Notes: a model not told the origin generated them from the letters alone. Positions 55,776 to 64,000 are shown, numbered from the stretch's first letter. The stretch is 64,000 bases of DNA from Candidatus Eiseniibacteriota bacterium (GCA_035500795.1 DATJWZ010000660.1:3358-67357); one strand, 5' to 3'. Program-made: numbers and translations.

Positions 55776-55791
55776 TGTGATCCAAATCACC
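55776..55791. promoter_or_regulatory. CRP/FNR-type palindrome TGTGA-tccaaa-TCACc between the divergent ACAD and HD/PrpD operons
   Basis: 9/10 match to TGTGA-N6-TCACA. It lies 65-80 nt upstream of the ACAD ATG (55711) and about 155 nt upstream of the HD gene start. A weaker half-site, TGTGA-tcctaa-TCGTc, lies at 55902-55917. Confidence 0.45.
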
Positions 55792-55945
55792 GCTTTTTAT
55801 GATCCTGCGCTGAATTTCGTATAAGAGCTCGATTTCCTGTAGGTTCGCGCGAATTTTCGGTGTCTTCCTACGGCTCATGATCCCGTCCAATCACACCCTA
55901 CTGTGATCCTAATCGTCGTTTCGGGTCTTGCCTCGCGGCTAGCCT

Positions 55946-56533
55946 GTGAAGTTTCCTACGCACAGCGTCATGCGCGAAACCGTAAAGAAGCTATGGCCGG
56001 AGATTGACTGGATCGAGAATCCAGCGCTTCGAGAGCAAGTTACCCAGACTTGGATAAAAGCCCTCGAACGCAGCCCTCTTCAACCGGAGGACCTGAACCA
56101 GATTCCTTTCACGCTGCTGGTCCCAAATTGCCCGATCACGTTCATGGAGCACAAGCGCTGCGTGGTGCACATTGCCCGCGAGAGTGCGAAGGCGATGCAG
56201 AGCTTCATGGGTCGGGCCCTGCCGGTCGACATGGACGCGGTGATTGCCGGGGCAATTCTGGCTGACGTCGGAAAACTGCTGGAGTACGAACTCGGTCCGA
56301 ACGGCAAAATCCGACAGAGTGAGCGCGGAGAGGCGTTGCGGCATCCGTTTACCGGCGCTGCTCTCGCGCTCGAATGTGGAGTACCGGATTCCGTCTGTCA
56401 CATCATCGCCGCTCATGCCGCGGAGGGCGATCTCGTAAAGCGCACGACGGAGGCTTTCATCGTGCATCATGCAGACTTCATGGCATTTCTGCCATTCAAG
56501 AATCCTAAGAACATCAAGCTGCAGCCGAAATAG
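55946..56533 (+). CDS. HD-superfamily-like protein
   Basis: 195 aa. His-rich blocks are spaced as in HD phosphohydrolases (HIARES, ILADVGKLLE, RHPFTGAAL, IIAAHAAEGD, HHADF). The usual HD doublet position reads AD. The start is uncertain (GTG at 55946 or ATG at 55970). Confidence 0.55.
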   Translation: MKFPTHSVMRETVKKLWPEIDWIENPALREQVTQTWIKALERSPLQPEDLNQIPFTLLVPNCPITFMEHKRCVVHIARESAKAMQSFMGRALPVDMDAVIAGAILADVGKLLEYELGPNGKIRQSERGEALRHPFTGAALALECGVPDSVCHIIAAHAAEGDLVKRTTEAFIVHHADFMAFLPFKNPKNIKLQPK

Positions 56534-56544
56534 GAGAGTTCAGA

Positions 56545-58020
56545 TTGACGATTCCATCTTCACAGCCCCCAAAAGAGACGATTACCGCCGCCATGTCGCG
56601 CTGGGCGGCGGCATTGCAATTTAGAGACATCTCGGCCGGTGCCGTGTATCAAGCAAAGCGCTTCCTGCTCGACTCCTTCGGCTGCGCGCTGGGCGGCTAT
56701 CAGCAGCATGATGTTTCCATCGCTCTGGATATTCTCGGAGAGATCGCAGGCCGCGGACTGGCGACGATCATTGGAAGCCGAGACCGTGTCGATCCCGTAT
56801 CAGCTTCGCTCGCTAATGCACTAATGATCCGGTGCATGGATTACAACGACATTTACTGGAAGCAGGACCCCTCTCATCCGTCGGACATCTTCTCCGCCGC
56901 TATCGCCTGCGGTGAGCGCGCGAAAAGCAACGGCGAAGAACTCATTGTCGGATTAGTGCTGGGACATGAGTTCGAGATGCGCCTCTGCGAAGCAGCTTTC
57001 CCAGGCATTCGCGAACGTGGCTGGCATCACGCAACGCTGACTGCATTTGCTTCGCCGATCGTGGCTGGGCGCATGTTGCACCTCACCTGGGAGCAGATTC
57101 AACATGCGATTGGAATCTCGGCGAGCCGACACTGCACGCTGGGTGCGGTCACCGCGGGCAAATTGACGATGATGAAGAACACCGTCGATCCCATGGCGAC
57201 GCAAAGCGGAGTTCTGGCCGCAATGCTGGCTGAAAAAGGTTACACCGGACCAGAGCATGTCATCGACGGAAAGGAAGGTCTGACGCATGTTTTCAAGCCG
57301 GAGTGGAAGGTTGATCTTCTGACCAGTGGTTTGGGCGAATCGTGGCGCATCACGCAATGCGGGATGAAGGCGTTTCCCACCGAGGCTCTGACGCACACTC
57401 CAATCTCTGCTGTCCTCGACATCGTCAAGAGTCAGGATCTGCAGCCAGAGCAAGTGAGCAAAGTTCAAATCCGTTCGCTGGCTCGCGCGGCCGACATTCT
57501 TTCCGACCCCAGCAAATATGATCCGCACACAAAAGAGACTGCGGATCATTCTCTTCCTTACGTGATCGCTGCGGCTCTGGCCGAGCGGCAGGTCACGCCC
57601 GTGCAGTTCACGATGGACAAAATTATGGATCCGAAGATCCGCGAGCAACTGAAGAAGGTCGAGGTCGTCGCGGATCCCGAGATCGAAAAAGTGTTTCCAG
57701 CTTTACAGAGGGTAATCGTGCGTATCGATACGACAGACGGACGCTCATTCAACAAACAACTGGACTATCCGAAAGGCGATCCGCGGAATCCGCTGACGGA
57801 TGAGGAACTTGAGGAAAAATTCTCAGCGCTAGCCGAGGGAGTGCTCTCGCAAGGCGCCCAAAACCGCGTGAGGGAGGCGGTCTGGAACCTGGAGCGAGTC
57901 GGCTCCATCAGTGAGCTCATGGCACTGATGGAAGCGGATGTACGCAAATCGAAGAAGTCGAAATCCAACAACAAGTCGAACGGGTCGCGGCGGCCAAGCC
58001 GAAAGCCGGCGCTGGTGTAG
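56545..58020 (+). CDS. MmgE/PrpD family protein (2-methylcitrate-dehydratase-like)
   Basis: 491 aa. TTG start with SD AGGAGAG 6 nt upstream. PrpD-family N-terminus (AMSRWAAALQFRDISAGAVYQAKRFLLDSFGCALGG). An unusual Lys/Ser-rich basic tail (RKSKKSKSNNKSNGSRRPSRKP). Confidence 0.87.
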   Translation: MTIPSSQPPKETITAAMSRWAAALQFRDISAGAVYQAKRFLLDSFGCALGGYQQHDVSIALDILGEIAGRGLATIIGSRDRVDPVSASLANALMIRCMDYNDIYWKQDPSHPSDIFSAAIACGERAKSNGEELIVGLVLGHEFEMRLCEAAFPGIRERGWHHATLTAFASPIVAGRMLHLTWEQIQHAIGISASRHCTLGAVTAGKLTMMKNTVDPMATQSGVLAAMLAEKGYTGPEHVIDGKEGLTHVFKPEWKVDLLTSGLGESWRITQCGMKAFPTEALTHTPISAVLDIVKSQDLQPEQVSKVQIRSLARAADILSDPSKYDPHTKETADHSLPYVIAAALAERQVTPVQFTMDKIMDPKIREQLKKVEVVADPEIEKVFPALQRVIVRIDTTDGRSFNKQLDYPKGDPRNPLTDEELEEKFSALAEGVLSQGAQNRVREAVWNLERVGSISELMALMEADVRKSKKSKSNNKSNGSRRPSRKPALV

Positions 58021-58069
58021 CGACTGTTTGTTGTCGGACTAATTCGAACTGGCAGTTGCGGGAGATCTT

Positions 58070-60037
58070 ATGCCCCAAACGATCGTTGAAAAACTCGCAC
58101 AACGTCATCAAACGCAAGGACCATCGCGGCCGCTGCAGGCGGGTGATTTTCTCTCTATCCGGCCATCGCACGTGTTGACGCACGACAATACTTCGGCGGT
58201 AATGAGCAAGTTCAAGGCTATCGGGGCAAAGAAGATTTTCGATTCCCGACAACTTGTGTTTGCGCTGGATCATGACATCCAGAATCACGATGATGGAAAC
58301 CTCAAGAAGTATCGCTCGATCGAGGCATTCGCCTGCGAGCACAGAGTTGATTTTTATCCGGCCGGATCGGGTATCGGTCACCAGATCATGGTTGAGCGAG
58401 GCTATGTTCTTCCGGGATCGTTCGTCGTTGCTTCCGATTCTCATTCGAACATGTACGGCGCTATGGGTGCGATCGGTACTCCGATTGTCCGGACCGACGC
58501 TGCCACCGTTTGGGCGACGGGCGAGTTCTGGTGGCAGGTTCCGCGGACGATCCAGGTCGTGTTGGAAGGCAAGCTCCAGGACGGAGTTACCGGCAAGGAT
58601 GTGATCATCGCGCTGTGTGGATTGTACAAGCACGACGAAGCACTGAATGCGGCGATCGAATTTTCCGGGCCGGGCGTGGCCAGCCTCTCCATGGATGCGC
58701 GCTTCTCGATCGCGAATATGAGCACGGAGTGGGGACCAATCGGAGCGTGGTTCCCGGTCGACGACGTGACGATCCACTATCTGCGTGCGATGCATGGCCA
58801 TCTGCAAGAGCAAGGAATCGAACGATTCAAGTCCGAAGACATTGACGAGTGGCTGGCGAATCCCCCTCAACCTGATGCTGGCGCCAATTACGCTGCACGA
58901 ATCAAGCTCGATCTCGGATTGATTACACCCCACGTTTCCGGTCCCGATAACGTGCAGACGACGCAATCTCTCTTCGAAATCGAGCAGAAGAAAGTTGGGA
59001 TTCAGAAAGCCTATCTCGTTTCCTGTGTGAACTCCCGGCTGGAAGATCTTGAGGCCGCTGTGCGAATCCTGAAGGGCCACAAAGTTCACACTGGGGTGAA
59101 GTTCTACGTGGGAGCGGCCAGCGCATGGATCCAGCGCGAGGCGGAACAATGTGGCATCTGGCACGATCTTGTCCATGCCGGTGCGATTCCGCTGCCGCCC
59201 AGTTGCGGCCCTTGCATCGGACTCGGCACGGGACTTCTCGAGAAAGGTGAAGTCGGGATTTCCGCCACCAACCGCAACTTCAAAGGCCGAATGGGTTCGC
59301 GCGACGCGCAGTGCTACCTGGCGAGTCCCGAAGTTGTGGCAGCCTCGGCCCTCGCTGGATACATTACAGGCCCACGACAGTTCGAACAGCGAGAACTCGT
59401 TCGCGACTACCAGGAATTCGCCAGCACTGCCAAAGGCGGAGAGCGCGTCGAGATCCTTCCCGGGTTTCCCGAGAAAGTACAGGGGCGGCTGATTTTCATG
59501 CCGACCGACAACGTGAACACCGACGCCATCTATGGCAAGGATTACACCTATCGTGACGACATGACTCCTGAGGCCATGTCGCGGGTGGTAATGGAAAATT
59601 ATGACCCACAGTTTGCAGCCCGTACTCACGGCGGGGATGTAATCGTCGGTGGATTCAATTTCGGCACGGGATCAAGCCGCGAACAAGCGGTTACCTGCCT
59701 GAAGGCGAAAGGGATTCCGCTGGTGATCGCCTCCAGTTTCTCGCAGACTTACCTGCGCAATGCATACAACAACGGTTTTCTGTGCATCGAGGTTCCAGAA
59801 CTGGTGAAGCGACTGCGCGAGCAGTTTGCAGCTGAGATCAAGGCGAAAGAGAAGACCATCATCTCTGAAGAGAGGATCGAAATCGACTTCACATCGAGCG
59901 TGGCGACTTGGCGCGGAGAGAAGTTCTCCTTCCCGCCGCTCGGTACAGTTCCGCAATCGCTGGTGATTGCCGGCGGGGCAGAGAATCTTGCGGCGAAGAA
60001 GCTTGGGCTCGACCGGAAACAACCTGTTCTTGTTTGA
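58070..60037 (+). CDS. Aconitase-superfamily hydro-lyase with fused large and small (swivel) domains, homoaconitase/isopropylmalate-isomerase-like
   Basis: 655 aa. Blocks HVLTHDNT, ASDSHSNMYGAMGA, the Fe-S ligands VSCVNSR and PSCGPCIG, and ATNRNFKGRMG. The LeuD-like C-terminus is GGFNFGTGSSREQA. Confidence 0.88.
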   Translation: MPQTIVEKLAQRHQTQGPSRPLQAGDFLSIRPSHVLTHDNTSAVMSKFKAIGAKKIFDSRQLVFALDHDIQNHDDGNLKKYRSIEAFACEHRVDFYPAGSGIGHQIMVERGYVLPGSFVVASDSHSNMYGAMGAIGTPIVRTDAATVWATGEFWWQVPRTIQVVLEGKLQDGVTGKDVIIALCGLYKHDEALNAAIEFSGPGVASLSMDARFSIANMSTEWGPIGAWFPVDDVTIHYLRAMHGHLQEQGIERFKSEDIDEWLANPPQPDAGANYAARIKLDLGLITPHVSGPDNVQTTQSLFEIEQKKVGIQKAYLVSCVNSRLEDLEAAVRILKGHKVHTGVKFYVGAASAWIQREAEQCGIWHDLVHAGAIPLPPSCGPCIGLGTGLLEKGEVGISATNRNFKGRMGSRDAQCYLASPEVVAASALAGYITGPRQFEQRELVRDYQEFASTAKGGERVEILPGFPEKVQGRLIFMPTDNVNTDAIYGKDYTYRDDMTPEAMSRVVMENYDPQFAARTHGGDVIVGGFNFGTGSSREQAVTCLKAKGIPLVIASSFSQTYLRNAYNNGFLCIEVPELVKRLREQFAAEIKAKEKTIISEERIEIDFTSSVATWRGEKFSFPPLGTVPQSLVIAGGAENLAAKKLGLDRKQPVLV

Positions 60038-60053
60038 GGAGAAAAGACTCATC

Positions 60054-61292
60054 ATGGCAAAGCACACCGTCGTTACGATGCCGGGAGATGGAATCGGCAA
60101 CCAGGTCTTGCCCCAGGCAATTCGAGTATTAAAGGCCGTCGGTTTCGATGCGGAGTATGTTCACGCCGACATCGGATGGGATTGCTGGTGCCGCGAAGGA
60201 AACGCCCTGCCCGCACGCACGGTGGAACTTTTGGAGAAACACAAGCTGGGATTGTTCGGCGCAATTACGTCGAAGCCCAAGAAGCAAGCTGAAGCGGAAT
60301 TGAAGCCGGAGTTGAAGGGCAAGGGCTACTCGTACTTCAGTCCGATTGTGACGATGCGGCAGCGCTTCAGCCTCGATACATGCATTCGCCCATGCATTTC
60401 GTTCCCTGGAAATCCGCTGAATTTCATTCGGAAGAAGGTCGATGGCGGATTTGAAGAGCCGTTCGTCAATGTAGTTGTCTTCCGCCAGAACACCGAAGGA
60501 CTCTACGCCGGTGTCGAGTGGACCAATCCGCCGGAACAGGTTCGCGCAGCGCTCGCCACGCATTCTAAGTTCAAACCGTTTGCGTTAGTAGCCGGGCTCG
60601 ATCTGGCGGTTTCTGTTCGCATTATCACCCGAGCGGCTGCACGCAAGATCTGCCGTGCCGCGTTTGAGTGGGCCAAGAAATATGGCTACAAGTCGGTGAC
60701 GATCTGCGAGAAGCCGAACGTGCTTCGGGAAACCTCCGGGTTAATGGAGGAAGAGGCGAAAGCTGTTTCGAAAGATTATCCTGCGATCGCGTTGTGGTCG
60801 ACCAATATCGATGCGCAAACCATGTGGCTTACCAAGAATCCCGAGGATTACGGCGTTGTCGTTGCTTCCAATCTATTCGGGGACGTTATCTCCGACGCCT
60901 TTGCTGGCTTGATCGGAGGGTTGGGTTTCGCAGCTTCCGGAAATATTGGCGATGAAGTTTCCGTTTTTGAGCCAACGCACGGATCTGCTCCGAAGTATGC
61001 GGAACTTGATCCGCCGATTGTGAATCCGATTGCCATGTTCCTGTCAGCAGTCATGATGCTGGAGCATGTCGGCGAAGTTGAGAAAGCACAGCGCATCCGG
61101 AAAGCGATCGCAGCAGTGGTGAAGAATGGCAAAGTTCGCACCTACGACATGATGCGAATTCCTGGAGGTGCGAAGGCAATCAGTCAAGGCGCAGCGAGCA
61201 CTCTCCAGATGACCGACGCCGTACTGGCCGAACTTTCCCGGACGGCTGGTGTCACTCACAACGCCCAAGAGCTTGTGGGCAGTCATAGGTAG
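60054..61292 (+). CDS. Isocitrate/isopropylmalate dehydrogenase family beta-decarboxylating dehydrogenase
   Basis: The ATG at 60054 is preceded by SD GAGGAG (the track start is 59967). Blocks VVTMPGDGIGNQV, FRQNTEGLYAG, NLFGDVISD and EPTHGSAP. Confidence 0.88.
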   Translation: MAKHTVVTMPGDGIGNQVLPQAIRVLKAVGFDAEYVHADIGWDCWCREGNALPARTVELLEKHKLGLFGAITSKPKKQAEAELKPELKGKGYSYFSPIVTMRQRFSLDTCIRPCISFPGNPLNFIRKKVDGGFEEPFVNVVVFRQNTEGLYAGVEWTNPPEQVRAALATHSKFKPFALVAGLDLAVSVRIITRAAARKICRAAFEWAKKYGYKSVTICEKPNVLRETSGLMEEEAKAVSKDYPAIALWSTNIDAQTMWLTKNPEDYGVVVASNLFGDVISDAFAGLIGGLGFAASGNIGDEVSVFEPTHGSAPKYAELDPPIVNPIAMFLSAVMMLEHVGEVEKAQRIRKAIAAVVKNGKVRTYDMMRIPGGAKAISQGAASTLQMTDAVLAELSRTAGVTHNAQELVGSHR

Positions 61293-61297
61293 CTTCT

Positions 61298-62500
61298 ATG
61301 TCAGTTACCACTGAATCGCGCGTTGCAGAAGCAGGTCACTCAGGATCAGAAATCCGGTCCGACCTCCACGTCAAGATTGAGATTCGCGACGCCGGAGGGA
61401 TTCAAGTTCAGCTTGAGTCGCGGGTTGAACCATATTATGGCGTCTCAATTCGGCGGCAGGCCGAAGAAGTCCTTGAGGCATTAGGTCTGCGCCACGCGAT
61501 TCTCGAAATTCGGGACGAAGGCGCCCTGCCATTTGTCATCACGGCTCGCATTGAGGCGGCCGCCCGCCGCGCTGGCGTTGGGGAAGGCACTCGCGTACTA
61601 CCCGATCGGGTCGCTCTGCCCGAGCCATCATCCCGCGATCGGCTGCGAAGATCGCGTCTGTACATTCCCGGAAGCGAGCCGAAATACTTCATCAACGCTG
61701 CCCTGCACGGGGCGGATGGCGTCATCCTCGATCTGGAGGATTCGGTTCATGCCAGCGAAAAGGATGCCGCGCGTCTGCTCGTGCGAAATGCCCTGCGGGC
61801 GGTGGACTTTGCGCGCTGCGAACGGATGGTTCGCATCAACCAGCTTCCGCTTGGACTTTCTGATCTCGACGAGATCGTGCCTGAATCGCCAGATTTGATC
61901 CTCATTCCGAAAGTGGAAACTCCCGATCAGGTTGCCGAGGTAGCCCGGCGCTCTCGCGAGATCCAATCGGAGTACGGCATCAATCGTCCGATGTGGTTCA
62001 TGCCCATTCTCGAGTCTGCCCTCGGAATTGAGAATGCTTTCGCGATTGCGAAAGCCGCCGAGAGCATCGCAGCCTTGACCATTGGGCTGGAGGACTATAC
62101 GGCTGATCTGGGCGTCGCCAAAACGCAATCCGGAGCGGAAAGTCTCTACGCTCGCCAACGGTTGGTGAACGCTGCCCGTGCGGCGGGCGTTCAAGCGATC
62201 GATTCTGTCTACGGTGATGTTGGAAATCTCGAAGGTTTGCGCACTTGGGCATTGAACTCACGGGCCATGGGCTTCGGAGGAATGGGATGCGTTCATCCCA
62301 TGCAGATTCCGTCCATTCACGAAGCATTTGCTCCCACTTCAACGGAAATCGAAAAGGCGAAGAAGATTGTTGCCGCCTACGAGAATGCGCAGGAAAAGGG
62401 ACTCGGCGTAGTCAGCCTGGGATCGAAGATGATCGACGCGCCGGTCGTGCAGCGTGCCATCAAGTTGATCGCGCAAGCCGGCACCATGGGTCTCGAGTAG
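61298..62500 (+). CDS. Fusion of citrate-lyase acyl-carrier (CitD-like) and citryl-CoA-lyase beta (CitE/HpcH-HpaI aldolase-like) modules
   Basis: 400 aa. Residues 1-95 resemble CitD (AGHSGSEIRSDLHV...IRDEGALPFVITARIEAAARRA). The remainder is CitE-like (RSRLYIPGSEPKYF, ILDLEDSV, MVRINQL, LEDYTADLG). Confidence 0.8.
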   Translation: MSVTTESRVAEAGHSGSEIRSDLHVKIEIRDAGGIQVQLESRVEPYYGVSIRRQAEEVLEALGLRHAILEIRDEGALPFVITARIEAAARRAGVGEGTRVLPDRVALPEPSSRDRLRRSRLYIPGSEPKYFINAALHGADGVILDLEDSVHASEKDAARLLVRNALRAVDFARCERMVRINQLPLGLSDLDEIVPESPDLILIPKVETPDQVAEVARRSREIQSEYGINRPMWFMPILESALGIENAFAIAKAAESIAALTIGLEDYTADLGVAKTQSGAESLYARQRLVNAARAAGVQAIDSVYGDVGNLEGLRTWALNSRAMGFGGMGCVHPMQIPSIHEAFAPTSTEIEKAKKIVAAYENAQEKGLGVVSLGSKMIDAPVVQRAIKLIAQAGTMGLE

Positions 62501-62512
62501 GGAAGGACGATC

Positions 62513-64000
62513 ATGCCTGTACTGGAAAAGATCGGAGTGATTGCAAACGCAGCCGGCCGCATCGTTCCGGAGATGGTCAACGGCCGCCCGCAGACCGCGT
62601 ACATGGGAGTAAACAAATTCCGGCCAGAAGGGTCGAAGGCGAGTCCTCCGATCCGCAGCGCGGCGGACTATCCTGCAAACGGCGATAAGCGCGTTGCAGA
62701 TCTCGAAACCGCACTGCGCAAGTGCGGACTGCGTGACGGCATGGTCATCTCCTCGCACCATCACCTGCGTGATGGCGATCGCGTCGCCATGATGGCTCTG
62801 GAAGCCACATCGAGAGTCGGCGTGAAAGATCTGATGTGGTTCCCCAGCGCATCATTTCCCGCTCAAAAGGCTGCGATTGAACTGATGCAGGCCGGAGTCA
62901 TCGACCACATCGAGGGCAGCATGAATGGTCCCCTCGGAGACTACTGCACGCAAGGCAAGATGCGCGGCATGGGCGTGTTGCGGTCTCATGGCGGTCGCTG
63001 GCAGGCCATTCAAGATGGTGAAGTCCACGTCGATATCGCAGTGATTGCCGCGCCGACGGCCGACGCTTTCGGCAATTGCGATGGTTCTCACGGCAAATCT
63101 GCCTGCGGTTCACTCGGATTTGCTTTGGCCGATTCGATTTATGCGGATCACGTGATCGTCGTAACCGACAATCTGGTCCCGTTTCCCTGCGTACCATGGC
63201 AGGTCCAGGGAAACAATGTGGACTATGTTGTCGAAGTCGATTCGATCGGTGATCCATCGAAAATAGTTTCTGGCACGACGCAGATCACGCGGTCGCCAGA
63301 TCGCTTACGAATCGCCGAATTTGTTGCGGCGTTCCTGCGAGACGCGGGAATCATGAAGAACGGTTTTTCGTTCCAGGCAGGCGCGGGAGGAATCGCTCTC
63401 GCGTTTGTGAGCTACCTGAAGCGAATGATGAAAGAATCCGGGGTGAAAGCGCGATTCGTTCGCGGCGGATCCACGAAATACCTAGTCGAACTGTTAGATG
63501 AAGGTCTCACCGATTACATCCTTGACGGCCAGACGTTCGATCTCGCCGGCGTGCAGTCGATGGCCAACAATCCGCGTCATGTCGCGACGTCTCCGTTCAC
63601 CTCGTACAACTTTCATGGCAAGGGGAACTTCGCATCCATTATTGACGCGGTTGTACTGGGCGCGACCGAGATCGACACTAATTTCAACGCCAACGTCGTT
63701 ACCCATTCCGACGGACGGCTGCTTCACGGTATCGGCGGGTGGCAAAACTGTCTGGGCGCTGGATGCACGATTCTTGCCGTGCCATCTTTCCGTGATCGCA
63801 TTCCGGTCATCGTGGATGACGTCACGACTCTTTGCGGCACCGGCGAACTGATCGACGTGGTTGTGACTGAACGTGGAATCGCCATCAATCCGCGCCGTCA
63901 GGATCTGATCGACGCGGTGAAAGGCTCGAAACTTCCAATTCGCTCGATCGAAGACATCAAAACCGAAGTCGAGCGGATTTGCGGAGGAAAACCGCAGAAG
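62513..64000 (+). CDS. citF: Citrate lyase alpha subunit / citrate CoA-transferase (CitF-like), 3' end outside the window
   Basis: This ORF is not in the supplied track because no stop is reached. My own translation from the ATG at 62513 gives 496 stop-free codons to base 64000. CitF blocks are present: ISSHHHLRDGD, RSHGGRWQAI, DIAVIAAPTADAFGNCDG, CGSLGFALADS, FSFQAGAGGIALA and VTERGIAINPRRQDL. Confidence 0.85.
   Translation, partial: MPVLEKIGVIANAAGRIVPEMVNGRPQTAYMGVNKFRPEGSKASPPIRSAADYPANGDKRVADLETALRKCGLRDGMVISSHHHLRDGDRVAMMALEATSRVGVKDLMWFPSASFPAQKAAIELMQAGVIDHIEGSMNGPLGDYCTQGKMRGMGVLRSHGGRWQAIQDGEVHVDIAVIAAPTADAFGNCDGSHGKSACGSLGFALADSIYADHVIVVTDNLVPFPCVPWQVQGNNVDYVVEVDSIGDPSKIVSGTTQITRSPDRLRIAEFVAAFLRDAGIMKNGFSFQAGAGGIALAFVSYLKRMMKESGVKARFVRGGSTKYLVELLDEGLTDYILDGQTFDLAGVQSMANNPRHVATSPFTSYNFHGKGNFASIIDAVVLGATEIDTNFNANVVTHSDGRLLHGIGGWQNCLGAGCTILAVPSFRDRIPVIVDDVTTLCGTGELIDVVVTERGIAINPRRQDLIDAVKGSKLPIRSIEDIKTEVERICGGKPQK

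Noticed and set aside
57917-59629. A 570-aa ORF on the minus strand covering most of the aconitase-family gene
   Set aside because: It is fully antisense to a gene with unmistakable aconitase-family motifs. Its translation is Arg/His/Ser/Leu-rich without any recognisable motif, and it has no SD or promoter context. Long stop-free antisense frames are a known by-product of codon bias in GC-rich genes. Only expression data could revive it.
1-64000. A search for mobile elements, CRISPR arrays, defence systems and toxin-antitoxin pairs
   Set aside because: No transposase, integrase or Cas-like ORFs were found. There are no arrays of direct repeats with unique spacers, no inverted terminal repeats and no nuclease/ATPase defence-type gene pairs. 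The only accessory-looking stretch is 37913-40003, and it contains just a broken HTH-S24 repressor.

Overview
This 64-kb chromosomal window is protein-coding throughout. I found no rRNA, tRNA, CRISPR array, transposase or integrase by eye. The gene content looks like a soil Acidobacteria-type bacterium, but that is inference only.

Gene order, left to right:
- A multi-PAS sigma-54 activator, a DmpA-family peptidase and small housekeeping genes.
- Acetate kinase convergent with phosphoketolase.
- A treX(glgX)-treZ-treY trehalose operon.
- A frameshifted AI-2E transporter.
- A hoxEFUYH bidirectional [NiFe]-hydrogenase operon. Its HoxF is about twice the normal size because a GltD/NfnB-like NAD(P)H-flavin module is fused to it.
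- A cupredoxin-like secreted protein.
- A roughly 8.7-kb aa3-type cytochrome oxidase operon. It is headed by a CxxCH-bearing beta-barrel protein, a dihaem cytochrome c and a second cupredoxin paralog, and it ends with haem O synthase.
- Two coupled SH3-domain secreted paralogs.
- A small islet with a frameshifted HTH-S24 (LexA/CI-like) repressor.
- A DUF1275 protein, a Zn-phospholipase-C-like protein and a Ser/Thr kinase with TPR repeats.
- A giant lectin/Ig-repeat surface protein.
- An acyl-CoA dehydrogenase / ETF-QO / EtfB / EtfA operon.
- Divergent from that operon, a tight six-gene operon: HD protein, PrpD/MmgE dehydratase, fused aconitase-family hydratase, isocitrate/isopropylmalate-type dehydrogenase, CitD-CitE fusion and CitF. 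CitF runs off the window end and is missing from the ORF track.

Most interesting items:
- The citrate-lyase-type / PrpD / aconitase / dehydrogenase operon paired with a divergent ETF system.
- The HoxF-GltD fusion.
- The cupredoxin paralogs and the haem-motif beta-barrel in the oxidase operon.
- A shared TGTGA-N6-TCACA (CRP/FNR-type) palindrome in three intergenic regions, which links these modules.

All functional calls rest on motif recognition by eye. No database search was possible.
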